DNA of 31,156 nt from Vulcanimicrobiota bacterium (GTDB lineage: Bacteria > Vulcanimicrobiota > Vulcanimicrobiia > Vulcanimicrobiales > Vulcanimicrobiaceae), in assembly GCA_003135555.1 (NCBI GenBank), contig PLCF01000054.1, forward strand, positions 96,049 to 127,204, written 5' to 3'. The position numbers were made by a program, and so were the translations under genes. The notes under the pieces are model-generated. The model worked only from the letters and a program-made list of their open reading frames with translations. It was not told where the DNA came from and searched no databases. Of this stretch, positions 1-7,964 are shown piece by piece. Position 1 is the stretch's first letter, and the number at the start of each line of letters is the position of its first letter.

Positions 1-851
1 CCCGCACCGGCGCCGCCGCCGCCGTGCGGGATAGTGAACGTCTTGTGCAAGTTGAGGTGCATGAGATCGAAGCCCATGTCACCGGGCCGGGTATTCCCCA
101 TCAGCGCGTTGGCGTTGGCGCCGTCGTAGTACATCAAGCCGCCGGCTTCGTGCACGACGTCGGAGACTTCGTGGATGCGCGGTTCGAACAGCCCCAGGGT
201 GTTGGGGTTGGTCATCATGCAGACCGCGGTGTCGGGCCCGACCACCGCGCGCAAATCGTCGGGGTCGACGCGGCCGGCAGCATCAGATTTGAGCGACACC
301 ACCTTGAACCCGACCATCGCGGCGGACGCCGGATTGGTGCCGTGGGCCGTGTCGGGGACGACGACGACGTTGCGGCCGGTCTCGCCGCGCGCCTTGAAAT
401 ACGCTTTCGCGATGAGGAGCGCGGTCAGCTCCGCGTGCGCGCCGGCCGCGGGGTTGAGCGAGAACGCCGCCATGCCGAACAGCGAGGCCAGGCTGCGCTC
501 GAGCTCCCACATCAGCGCGAGCGCACCCTGCGCCGCCGCGTCGGGAGCAAACGGGTGCAGATCGCGTAACGCCGGGATGTTCGCCATCGCGTCGTTGATG
601 CGCGGGTTGTACTTCATGGTGCACGAGCCGAGCGGATAGAACGCGGTGTCGATCCCGAACGTCTTTTGCGAGAGCCGGGTGAAATGGCGCACCACGTCGA
701 GCTCGCTGTTGTCGGGCAGCGGCAACTCGTCGCGCAACGTCTCGCGCGGCAGCAGCGTGTCGAGCGCCGGCGCGTCGGGCAAGTAGCGGTTCGCCCGGCC
801 GTCCTGGCCGGTCTCGAAGATCAGCGGAGTATCAAACGCGGGCAGCGGCAC
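1..851 (-). CDS. gcvPB: Glycine dehydrogenase (decarboxylating) subunit 2, 3'-truncated by window edge
   Basis: Manual translation from GTG at 851: PLIFE...SELDVVRHFTRLSQKTFGIDTAFYPLGSCTMKYNP...AHGTNPASA...YYDGAN...HLNLHKTF (PLP lysine motif); start overlaps the gcvPA stop. Confidence 0.95.
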   Translation of the reverse strand, partial: MPLPAFDTPLIFETGQDGRANRYLPDAPALDTLLPRETLRDELPLPDNSELDVVRHFTRLSQKTFGIDTAFYPLGSCTMKYNPRINDAMANIPALRDLHPFAPDAAAQGALALMWELERSLASLFGMAAFSLNPAAGAHAELTALLIAKAYFKARGETGRNVVVVPDTAHGTNPASAAMVGFKVVSLKSDAAGRVDPDDLRAVVGPDTAVCMMTNPNTLGLFEPRIHEVSDVVHEAGGLMYYDGANANALMGNTRPGDMGFDLMHLNLHKTFTIPHGGGGAGA

Positions 852-2196
852 GGACCGGGATCTCCGAGAGGGCGGCGACGAGGCGATCGACGTCGGCGCT
901 CGAGGTGAGCTCCGTCGCCGTCATGAGGATGCAATCGTCGAGCTCGGGGTAGAAGCGCCCCAGATCCAGCCCGCCGTGGATCTTCTTGCGCTCGAGCGCC
1001 GCGAGCACGCCGGCCGCGCGGCCCGGAACGCGAATGGCGGCCTCGTTGAACGTCGGCGCTTCGAAACGCAGCGAGAATCCGTCGAGCGCCGTGACCTTGC
1101 GCTTGAGCTCGTTGGTGCGCGCGACGTTGAGCGCAGCGCAATTGCGCAGGCCGGCTTGGCCCATCGCAGCGAGGTACACCGTCGCGCACAACGCGCAGTG
1201 CGCCTGGTTGGTGCAGATGTTCGAGGTCGCTTTCTCGCGCCGGATGTGCTGTTCGCGCGCCTGGAGTGTCAGTACGTAGGCGGTCTTCCCGGCTGTGTCG
1301 ACCGAACGGCCGACCAGCCGTCCCGGAATGCGCCGCAGATGCGCGGTGGTCGCGGCGATGAATCCCACGTGCGGGCCGCCGTAGGCGATCGCGTTGCCGA
1401 AGGACTGCGCCTCGCCGACGCAGATCTCGACGCCCCACGTTGCGGGCGCCGCCAGCACCGCGAGCGAGAGTGCCTCCGCGACGACGCCGATCACGACGGT
1501 TTTCGTCGCCCGGATTCGCTCGACCGCCGCCGGCGGCAGCGCGTCGATCGCCCCGAAGACGTTGGGCGATTGCACGACGACCGCGGCATAGCGCTGGTCG
1601 GCCAGCGCGGCCTCGAGCGTGGCGCCGGCAGTGCGGCCGTCGGGGCCGTACGGCAGCTCGTCGACGACGAGATCGAGCCCCTCGGCGTAGGTGCGCAGCA
1701 CCGCCCGGTAGTTGGGATGAACGGCGCTCGAAACGAGGACCGCTTTGCGGCCCGTCGCGTTGACCGCCATGATAACGCCCTCGGCCAGCGCGGTTGCGCC
1801 GTCGTACACCGACGCGTTCGCGACGTCGAGACCGGTCAGCAGCGCGATGTAGGTCTGCCACTCGTAGATCGCTTGCAGGTACCCCTGCGAGACCTCGGCT
1901 TGATAGGGCGTGTACGACGTGAGAAACTCGCCCCGCATCGCGATCGCCGCGACGACGGGCGGGATGTAGTGGCGGTAGGCGCCGGCACCGAGAAACGAGG
2001 TGTACTCGCCGGCACTCGTGCGCGCGGCAAATTGCGCAAAGCGCTGGGCGATCTCGATCTCGCTGAGCTGCGGCGTGACTTCGACCGGCGCGCGCAGCGC
2101 GACCGCATCGGGGACGCGGACGAGGTCGTCGAGCGCGTCGACGCCGATCACCCGCAGCATCGCTGCGATATCCCCGGCGGTATGCGGCGTGTACAC
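832..2196 (-). CDS. gcvPA: Glycine dehydrogenase (decarboxylating) subunit 1
   Basis: YTPHT N-terminus (GTG at 2196), FLGAGAYRH, FLTSYTPYQAEVSQG, ANASVYDG, LQAREQHIRREKATSNICTNQ. Confidence 0.95.
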   Translation of the reverse strand: MYTPHTAGDIAAMLRVIGVDALDDLVRVPDAVALRAPVEVTPQLSEIEIAQRFAQFAARTSAGEYTSFLGAGAYRHYIPPVVAAIAMRGEFLTSYTPYQAEVSQGYLQAIYEWQTYIALLTGLDVANASVYDGATALAEGVIMAVNATGRKAVLVSSAVHPNYRAVLRTYAEGLDLVVDELPYGPDGRTAGATLEAALADQRYAAVVVQSPNVFGAIDALPPAAVERIRATKTVVIGVVAEALSLAVLAAPATWGVEICVGEAQSFGNAIAYGGPHVGFIAATTAHLRRIPGRLVGRSVDTAGKTAYVLTLQAREQHIRREKATSNICTNQAHCALCATVYLAAMGQAGLRNCAALNVARTNELKRKVTALDGFSLRFEAPTFNEAAIRVPGRAAGVLAALERKKIHGGLDLGRFYPELDDCILMTATELTSSADVDRLVAALSEIPVRAAARV

Positions 2197-2204
2197 GACC
2201 GCTG

Positions 2205-2588
2205 CTACGCTTGGCTGACGAGCTGGTCGTAGGCCTCGGGAGACATGAGCGCGTCGGTTTGGCTCACGTCCGCGAGCTGCACCTTGAAGAGCCAGCCGCC
2301 GCCGAAGGGGTCGCGATTGACGAGCGCCGGGTCGGCTTCGATCGCGTCGTTGACCGCCGTGACCTCGCCTCCGACCGGCGTGAAGATGTCGGAGACCGCC
2401 TTGACCGACTCGACGACGCCGATGCCGCCGAACTGTTCCAGCGTCGCGCCGACGCGGGGCAGCTCCACGTAGACGATGTCGCCCAACGCGGCCTGCGCGT
2501 AGTCGGTGATGCCGACGGTCGCGACGTCGCCGTCGAGCTTGACCCATTCGTGTTCTTTGCTGTAGAGCAGTCCTGCGGGTTGTGCCAT
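2205..2588 (-). CDS. gcvH: Glycine cleavage system H protein
   Basis: YSKEHEWV, GITDYAQ, lipoyl-lysine motif VESVKAVSD, NRDPFGGGW. Confidence 0.97.
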   Translation of the reverse strand: MAQPAGLLYSKEHEWVKLDGDVATVGITDYAQAALGDIVYVELPRVGATLEQFGGIGVVESVKAVSDIFTPVGGEVTAVNDAIEADPALVNRDPFGGGWLFKVQLADVSQTDALMSPEAYDQLVSQA

Positions 2589-2632
2589 GTCGGTCCCTTA
2601 CCTAGTCTGGGCGGCGGCCCGGAACCTCCCGG

Positions 2633-3754
2633 TCACGATGCCTTGGGGCGCCGGTAGAACGGCAGCGGCGTCACGACCGCGGCGTGGCGTACGCCGCGGA
2701 CCTCGACCTCCAGCGCCGTCCCGTCGGGCGCGGCGAGCGGCTCGACCAGCGCGGTCGCGATGTTCTTTCCAACCGCCGGCCCGAACGAACCGCTACGGAC
2801 CTCGCCCGCTTGCGTCGCGCCCGCGAATACGGGGTAGCCGGCGCGGGCCGGAACGCGGCCCTCCATGGTGAGCCCGACGATGCGCGCGTAGTCGCCGGCG
2901 TCGCGCTGCGCGAGCAGCGCTTCCTTGCCGCAAAACGCCGGCTTGTCGAACTTGATCGCCCATGCGAGGCCGGCTTGCAGCGGGGTGATCTCCTCGGTCA
3001 TCTCGTGTCCGTACAGCGGCATTCCGGCTTCGAGCCGCAAGACGTCGCGCGCGCCGAGCCCGCACGGCGCCAAGCCGCGCTCGCGATTCTCGGCCAGCAG
3101 CAGATCCCACACGCCGGTCGCCTCGTCCGACGGGAGAAACAGCTCGAAGCCGTCTTCACCGGTATAGCCGGTGCGCGCGATGAGGATCGGCGCGCGCGTA
3201 CCTTTGACGCGCGTCTCGGCGCACGAGTAGTATTTCATCGCGGCGAGCTCGGCCTCGACGTACGGCTGCAGCCACTCGACCGCGCGCGGTCCCTGGATCG
3301 CGACGAGCGCGCGCTCGCCGTGCAGGTTCTCGAGCTCGACGTCGCCGGCGCGCTCGGCACTCACGTGGGCCCACATCTTGTCGGCGTTCCCGGCGTTGAC
3401 GACCAGCAACCAGCGCTCGTCGCCGAGCCGGTAGAAGATCACGTCGTCGTGCGCACCGCCGCGCTCGTTGGTGAAGATGTTGTAGCGCGCTTGACCGCCC
3501 TTCATGTTCTCGACGTTGTTCACGGTCAGCGTCTCGGCCCAGGCACCGACGCCGGCGCCGCGCAGCGCGAACTGCGCCATGTGCGACAGGTCGAACAAGC
3601 CGGCGCGTTTGCGCACCGCCTCGTGCTCGGCCAGGATGCTCGTGTACTGGACCGGCATCTCGAAGCCGCCGAAGGGGACGATCCGCGCACCGAGCGCTCG
3701 GTGCGCGTCGTAGAGCGCGGTGCGGCGCAGCGTGCCGCCGATCTCGGTCGTCAT
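2633..3754 (-). CDS. gcvT: Glycine cleavage system aminomethyltransferase T
   Basis: RTALYDAH, FGGFEMPVQY, GLFDLSHM, ARTGYTGEDGFE, CGLGARDVLRLEAG. Confidence 0.97.
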   Translation of the reverse strand: MTTEIGGTLRRTALYDAHRALGARIVPFGGFEMPVQYTSILAEHEAVRKRAGLFDLSHMAQFALRGAGVGAWAETLTVNNVENMKGGQARYNIFTNERGGAHDDVIFYRLGDERWLLVVNAGNADKMWAHVSAERAGDVELENLHGERALVAIQGPRAVEWLQPYVEAELAAMKYYSCAETRVKGTRAPILIARTGYTGEDGFELFLPSDEATGVWDLLLAENRERGLAPCGLGARDVLRLEAGMPLYGHEMTEEITPLQAGLAWAIKFDKPAFCGKEALLAQRDAGDYARIVGLTMEGRVPARAGYPVFAGATQAGEVRSGSFGPAVGKNIATALVEPLAAPDGTALEVEVRGVRHAAVVTPLPFYRRPKAS

Positions 3755-3766
3755 ACTCGGAGCCTG

Positions 3767-4657
3767 CTACGCGAACACGTCCCCGTCCTTCGCCAGTTCG
3801 CGCCGCAGATACAACGGGAGGGCGAACAGTCGCCGGTGGGTCTCCGCGTCGTAGAAGAAATTCTCGCCGCGCAGGCCGCCGACGTACGTATCGATACGCG
3901 CCGGATCGGTCGCGGCGACGTCGACGTCGTCGCTGCAGGCGATGAACGCCCAGTCGTTGTCGAAGGCCGGGACGTGCGCGTAAAAGCTGCGCACGTGACC
4001 GAAGAACCGCAGCAGCGAACGCGCCATCTTGGCGTGGAGCGCCATGTTGTGGAAGCCCGCGGTCGAGGCTTGCAGCACGTATACCCCGCGCGGAGCGAGC
4101 CGCAATTTGACGTCGGCGAAGACCTCGCCGTTGAAGAGCGGGAACGACGGCGAGTCGGCCAGCGGCTCGGTGAGATCGCTGATCACCACGTCGTAGCGGT
4201 CGCGGTCCTCCTTGAGGAACGTGAGCGCGTCGCCGATGATCACGCGGGCTCGCGGGTCGTCGAAGGCGCCGTCGGACCATTCGGGCAGAAACCGCTTCGC
4301 TAGCTCGACCACCTGTCCGTCGATGTCGACCATGGTGCAGCGGCGCACGCCCGGCGCGCGCAAGACCTCGCGCAGCGTGGCGCCCTCGCCGCCGCCCAGA
4401 ATGAGCACCTCGGAGCGCCTGTCGACCGACGCCAGCGCGGGGTGAACCAGCGACTCGTGATAGATCTTCTCATCGGCCTGGGACGACTGCGTGTCGCCGT
4501 CGAGAACGAGCATCTTGCCGAAGACCGCGGTACGCAACACCGCGACCGACTGGAACTGCGTCCTCCCGGCGAAGTACGTTTCGTCGATCGCATGCGCGTG
4601 CAGCTCCGTTGGAGCGAACTGCTCGGTGTACCACTGATAGTGCTCGGTTTTCGGCAT
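3767..4657 (-). CDS. speE: Polyamine aminopropyltransferase (spermidine synthase family, GGGEG type)
   Basis: LDGDTQS, YHESLVHPA, VLILGGGEGATLREVL, MVDIDG, YDVVISDLTEP; ATG at 4657. Confidence 0.92.
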   Translation of the reverse strand: MPKTEHYQWYTEQFAPTELHAHAIDETYFAGRTQFQSVAVLRTAVFGKMLVLDGDTQSSQADEKIYHESLVHPALASVDRRSEVLILGGGEGATLREVLRAPGVRRCTMVDIDGQVVELAKRFLPEWSDGAFDDPRARVIIGDALTFLKEDRDRYDVVISDLTEPLADSPSFPLFNGEVFADVKLRLAPRGVYVLQASTAGFHNMALHAKMARSLLRFFGHVRSFYAHVPAFDNDWAFIACSDDVDVAATDPARIDTYVGGLRGENFFYDAETHRRLFALPLYLRRELAKDGDVFA

Positions 4658-4712
4658 CGCGTTCGTCGCGTTGAACGGTCGCAGGCCAGGCCCTGCCGGA
4701 CCGCAGCCAACG

Positions 4713-4742
4713 AAAAAGCCCGCTGCCGAAGCAGCGGGCTTT
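4713..4742 (-). terminator. Intrinsic terminator between speH and speE
   Basis: Minus strand reads AAAGCCCGCTGC-TTCG-GCAGCGGGCTTTTT: perfect GC-rich stem, UUCG loop, U tract. Confidence 0.85.
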
Positions 4743-4791
4743 GGTTCTCCCCGGGCTCCCGGGCCCTTCGACGAGCTCAGGGTGACAAGGC

Positions 4792-5208
4792 CTAGGCCGT
4801 CGCCATCAGCTCGCGGGTGTCGTTCTCGGTGGTGACGACGTGGGTGAAGCGGTGGTGGCCTGATTCGACCCCGCGTTTCACCTCGGTGGTCAGCATGGTC
4901 TTGGCGTCGAGCGCCTCCGCGGCGTACTCGCACGCCGCCCACGGATCGGTGTGGTCGCCGCACGTGTAGAAGTCCATCGCGGCATAACCGGTCTCCGGCC
5001 ACGTATGAATCGACAGGTGCGACTCCTCGATCACCACCACTCCGGAAACCCCTTGGGGTTGGAAGCGGTGGAAGGCCGTCGTGACGATGGTCGCGTTAGC
5101 CGCTCTCGCGGCGTTCTCCATCATCGCACGGACCGCGTCGACGTCCGTGAGCTTCGCGGCATCGCAGCCGGAGAGCTCACAGACGATATGCGTACCGAGT
5201 GCTTTCAA
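4792..5208 (-). CDS. speH: S-adenosylmethionine decarboxylase proenzyme (short SpeH/class 1B type), TTG start
   Basis: GTHIVCELSGC, HRFQPQGVSGVVVIEESHLSIHTWPE (E-S self-cleavage site), DFYTCG. Confidence 0.92.
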   Translation of the reverse strand: MKALGTHIVCELSGCDAAKLTDVDAVRAMMENAARAANATIVTTAFHRFQPQGVSGVVVIEESHLSIHTWPETGYAAMDFYTCGDHTDPWAACEYAAEALDAKTMLTTEVKRGVESGHHRFTHVVTTENDTRELMATA

Positions 5209-5443
5209 TTCTTTTTCCTGACTCCTCGGGAGCTTTCGGTTGGGAGAATCCCACCTCCAGGCGCGTCGTCCAGCGTGTGCGGTACACCGTCTCGCTGTCG
5301 ACCTATCAGCAGACTCTTGCCGGCACGGTCTCCTTTGGACCGAACGGACGTTCCGCTGCGAAGGCGCGTTGGGCGCGCCGTCCCCTGACCGACTGCCGTG
5401 ATCCCAGGGCTCATAAATGCGCTCCGGGGTCCGTGAAGTCCGT
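5209..5443 (-). promoter_or_regulatory. Long structured 5' leader of speH (candidate cis-regulatory RNA; contains putative uORF 5414-5205)
   Basis: Lies between a clear promoter and the TTG start; several nested helices found by eye; no match to a riboswitch consensus I can recognise. Confidence 0.5.
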
Positions 5444-5448
5444 CGCCA

Positions 5449-5477
5449 ATGGTACCCCCCACGGGGGGCCTTGTAAA
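5449..5477 (-). promoter_or_regulatory. Sigma70-type promoter for speH
   Basis: TTTACA (5477-5472), 17 bp spacer, TACCAT (5454-5449). Confidence 0.75.
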
Positions 5478-5537
5478 TAGCCGCGATTTTGACGAGCGAG
5501 CGGGCCGTCCGCGGCTGCCTCGGCGAAGCCGTCGGCG

Positions 5538-6446
5538 ATGCCCTCCGCGCACGACCGTTCCGTGATCTCCAGCGCCGGCGTGCGCGAGCAGGCGGCCCGT
5601 GCCGGCTCGACGGTCGAGCAGCTCATGGTCGACTTGCTGCCCGCCGCGCAGGCGCTGGCGCGGCCGGCGATCTCGGGGTTCCGGGTCGGCGCGATCGCCC
5701 ACGGCCTCTCGGGGGCGCTGTACTTCGGCGCCAACCTCGAGTTCGTCGGCCAGGCCCTGAGTTGCAGCGTCCACGCCGAGCAAGCCGCCGTCACCAACGC
5801 TTGGCTCCACGGCGAAGCGGGGGTCACGACGATCGCGGTGACCACCGGCCCGTGCGGCTACTGCCGCCAGTTCCTCAACGAGCTGGTTACGGCCGACCGG
5901 TTGAGCATCATCCGCCCGGGGATCGCGAGCGAACCGCTGGCCGCGCTGCTGCCCGCGGCGTTCGGTCCGCACGACCTGGGCGTGCACGGCGGGCTCATGG
6001 AGCGCAGCGCGCACGGCTTGGCGCTCGAGCACCCGCCGGCCGGCGACGAGCCCGATCCCGTCTACGCGGCCGCACTCGAAGCCGCCAACGCGTCCTACGC
6101 GCCCTACAGCCTGACCTACGCCGGGGTCGCCCTGGGGCTCGCGGACGGCTCGGTCGCCGCCGGCCGCTACGCGGAGAATGCCGCCTTTAGCCCCAGCCTG
6201 TCGCCGCTGCAGGCGGCGCTCGCGCGCCTGGCCATTACGGCCGTCCCGTACCGCGAGATCCGCCGGGCCGTCCTGGTGGAGTCGGACGGCGCGGCCAGCC
6301 AGCGAGGGGTCACTGAGACGCTGTTGGCGGGGGTCGCGCCGGGAATCCGGCTGGCGTACGCCCGGGCGGTGCCGGGACCCGTCGGGAGCGCCACGGTGCA
6401 GGCTCCGGCCGGGTTAGATAGTACAGATACGCCTGCACTATCTTGA
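5538..6446 (+). CDS. cdd: Cytidine deaminase (long, E. coli-like two-domain type)
   Basis: [16 protein letters not shown], zinc motifs HAEQ and PCGYCRQF, second domain SYAPYS...[17 protein letters not shown]. Confidence 0.92.
   Translation: MPSAHDRSVISSAGVREQAARAGSTVEQLMVDLLPAAQALARPAISGFRVGAIAHGLSGALYFGANLEFVGQALSCSVHAEQAAVTNAWLHGEAGVTTIAVTTGPCGYCRQFLNELVTADRLSIIRPGIASEPLAALLPAAFGPHDLGVHGGLMERSAHGLALEHPPAGDEPDPVYAAALEAANASYAPYSLTYAGVALGLADGSVAAGRYAENAAFSPSLSPLQAALARLAITAVPYREIRRAVLVESDGAASQRGVTETLLAGVAPGIRLAYARAVPGPVGSATVQAPAGLDSTDTPALS
6416..6443. promoter_or_regulatory. Inverted repeat, candidate operator upstream of sufB
   Basis: AGATAGT-A-CAG-N6-CTG-C-ACTATCT; AT-rich in GC-rich DNA; abuts the -35 box. 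Confidence 0.6.
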
Positions 6447-6471
6447 CCGAACTGGTGCGGACCGATACGCT
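6443..6471 (+). promoter_or_regulatory. Sigma70-type promoter for sufB
   Basis: TTGACC (6443-6448), 17 bp spacer, TACGCT (6466-6471). Confidence 0.7.
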
Positions 6472-6480
6472 GGGAGACTC

Positions 6481-7890
6481 ATGGCCGCCACGACCGATGC
6501 CCTGATCGAGGAATACCGACACGGCTTCCACGATTCCGAGGAAAACTACGCGTTCAAGTCCGACAAGGGCCTGAACCGCGAGATCGTCGAGCGCATCTCG
6601 TCGATGAAGAACGAGCCGGCCTGGATGCTCGAGTTCCGGCTGCGCGCCTACGACGTCTTCCGCGCCAAGCCGATGCCGACGTGGGGCGACACCGCGTTGC
6701 TCAACGAGATCGACTTCGACAACATCCGCTACTTCGTCAAAGCCGGAGAGCGGACCGAGCAGAACTGGGACGACGTCCCGGACGACATCAAGCGGACGTT
6801 CGACCGGCTCGGGATCCCCGAGGCGGAGCGCAAGTTCCTCAGCGGCGTCTCGGCCCAGTACGAATCAGAGGTCGTCTACCACTCCGTCATCGAGGAGCTC
6901 GAAAGAGACGGCGTGATCTTCTGCGACATGGACACGGCGCTGCGCGAGCATCCGGAGATCGTCAAGAAGTACCTCTCGACGGTCATCCCGATCCAAGACA
7001 ACAAGTTCGCCGCGCTCAACTCCGCGGTGTGGTCGGGTGGGTCGTTCGTATATGTCCCCAAGGGCGTCGAAGTCAAGATGCCGCTCCAGGCCTACTTCCG
7101 GATCAACACCGAGAACATGGGCCAGTTCGAGCGCACGCTGATCATCGCCGACGAGGGTTCGAAAGTGCACTACATCGAGGGCTGCACGGCGCCGCAGTTC
7201 TCGACGTCGTCGCTGCACTCCGCGGTGGTCGAACTGATCGCTATGGACGGCGCGTCGATCCGCTACACGACGATCCAGAACTGGTACCGCAACATCTACA
7301 ACCTCGTCACCAAGCGCGCCGTCGCGTACAAAAACGCGACGGTCGAGTGGGTCGATGGCAACATCGGCAGCAAGCTGACGATGAAGTACCCCGCGATCTA
7401 CTTGATGGGCGAGGGTGCGCGCGGCGAGATCCTCTCGGCAGCGTTCGCCGGCGAAGGCCAGCATCAAGACGCGGGCGCGAAGGTCATCCACGCCGCCCCC
7501 AACACGACCTCGGTCGTCACCAACAAGTCGGTCGTCGCGCACGGCGGCAAGACGACGTACCGCGGCCTGGTCGAGATCCACGCCGGCGCCGTCGGCGCCA
7601 AGACGCGCGTGAAGTGCGATGCGCTCATCATGGACGACAAGTCGGCGTCGGACACCAAGCCGACGATGAAGATCGACGAGCAGCGCTCGACGGTCGAGCA
7701 CGAAGCTTCGGTGTCCAAGATCGGCGAAGAGCAGCTCTTCTACGCGATGAGCCGCGGGCTGAGCGAGGCTGACGCGACCGCGATGATCGTCAACGGCTTC
7801 TTCGACTTCTTCGTCAAGGAGCTGCCGATGGAGTATGCCGTCGAGCTCAACCGCCTCATCAAGATGGAGATGGAAGGCTCGGTCGGCTAA
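6481..7890 (+). CDS. sufB: Fe-S cluster assembly protein SufB
   Basis: [63 protein letters not shown]-terminus. Confidence 0.97.
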   Translation: MAATTDALIEEYRHGFHDSEENYAFKSDKGLNREIVERISSMKNEPAWMLEFRLRAYDVFRAKPMPTWGDTALLNEIDFDNIRYFVKAGERTEQNWDDVPDDIKRTFDRLGIPEAERKFLSGVSAQYESEVVYHSVIEELERDGVIFCDMDTALREHPEIVKKYLSTVIPIQDNKFAALNSAVWSGGSFVYVPKGVEVKMPLQAYFRINTENMGQFERTLIIADEGSKVHYIEGCTAPQFSTSSLHSAVVELIAMDGASIRYTTIQNWYRNIYNLVTKRAVAYKNATVEWVDGNIGSKLTMKYPAIYLMGEGARGEILSAAFAGEGQHQDAGAKVIHAAPNTTSVVTNKSVVAHGGKTTYRGLVEIHAGAVGAKTRVKCDALIMDDKSASDTKPTMKIDEQRSTVEHEASVSKIGEEQLFYAMSRGLSEADATAMIVNGFFDFFVKELPMEYAVELNRLIKMEMEGSVG

Positions 7891-7917
7891 GAGGTCGACC
7901 GCAGCCGCCCACCCAGC

Positions 7918-7949
7918 GCGCCGTCCCGGTGGACGGCGCCTTCATTTTT
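7918..7949 (+). terminator. Intrinsic terminator after sufB
   Basis: GCGCCGTCC-CGGT-GGACGGCGC hairpin followed by CTTCATTTTT. Confidence 0.75.
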
Positions 7950-7964
7950 GGGGATGATTCTGGG

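Noticed and set aside
2197..2547. N-terminal extension of gcvPA in the ORF track (also extensions of speE, FKBP and the Mo subunits)
   Set aside because: Extensions overlap neighbouring real genes, and homology-like sequence begins at the downstream starts used here.
2684..4303. 539-aa plus-strand ORF and many similar long ORFs (976-2232, 12505-13977, 28846-29847)
   Set aside because: Antisense or alternate-frame shadows of well-supported genes; Arg/Ala-rich and expected at this GC content.
5217..5262. Glycine riboswitch call for the 3' domain of the speH leader
   Set aside because: Only fragments (GGAG, CCGAA, UCAGG) match; the GCAA/CUCU binding pocket is missing and a terminator lies between it and gcvT.
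5318..5340. AGGAGACCGUGCC resembling a cobalamin B12 box, and GGUCCAA resembling ykkC
   Set aside because: Other conserved elements of those aptamers are absent.
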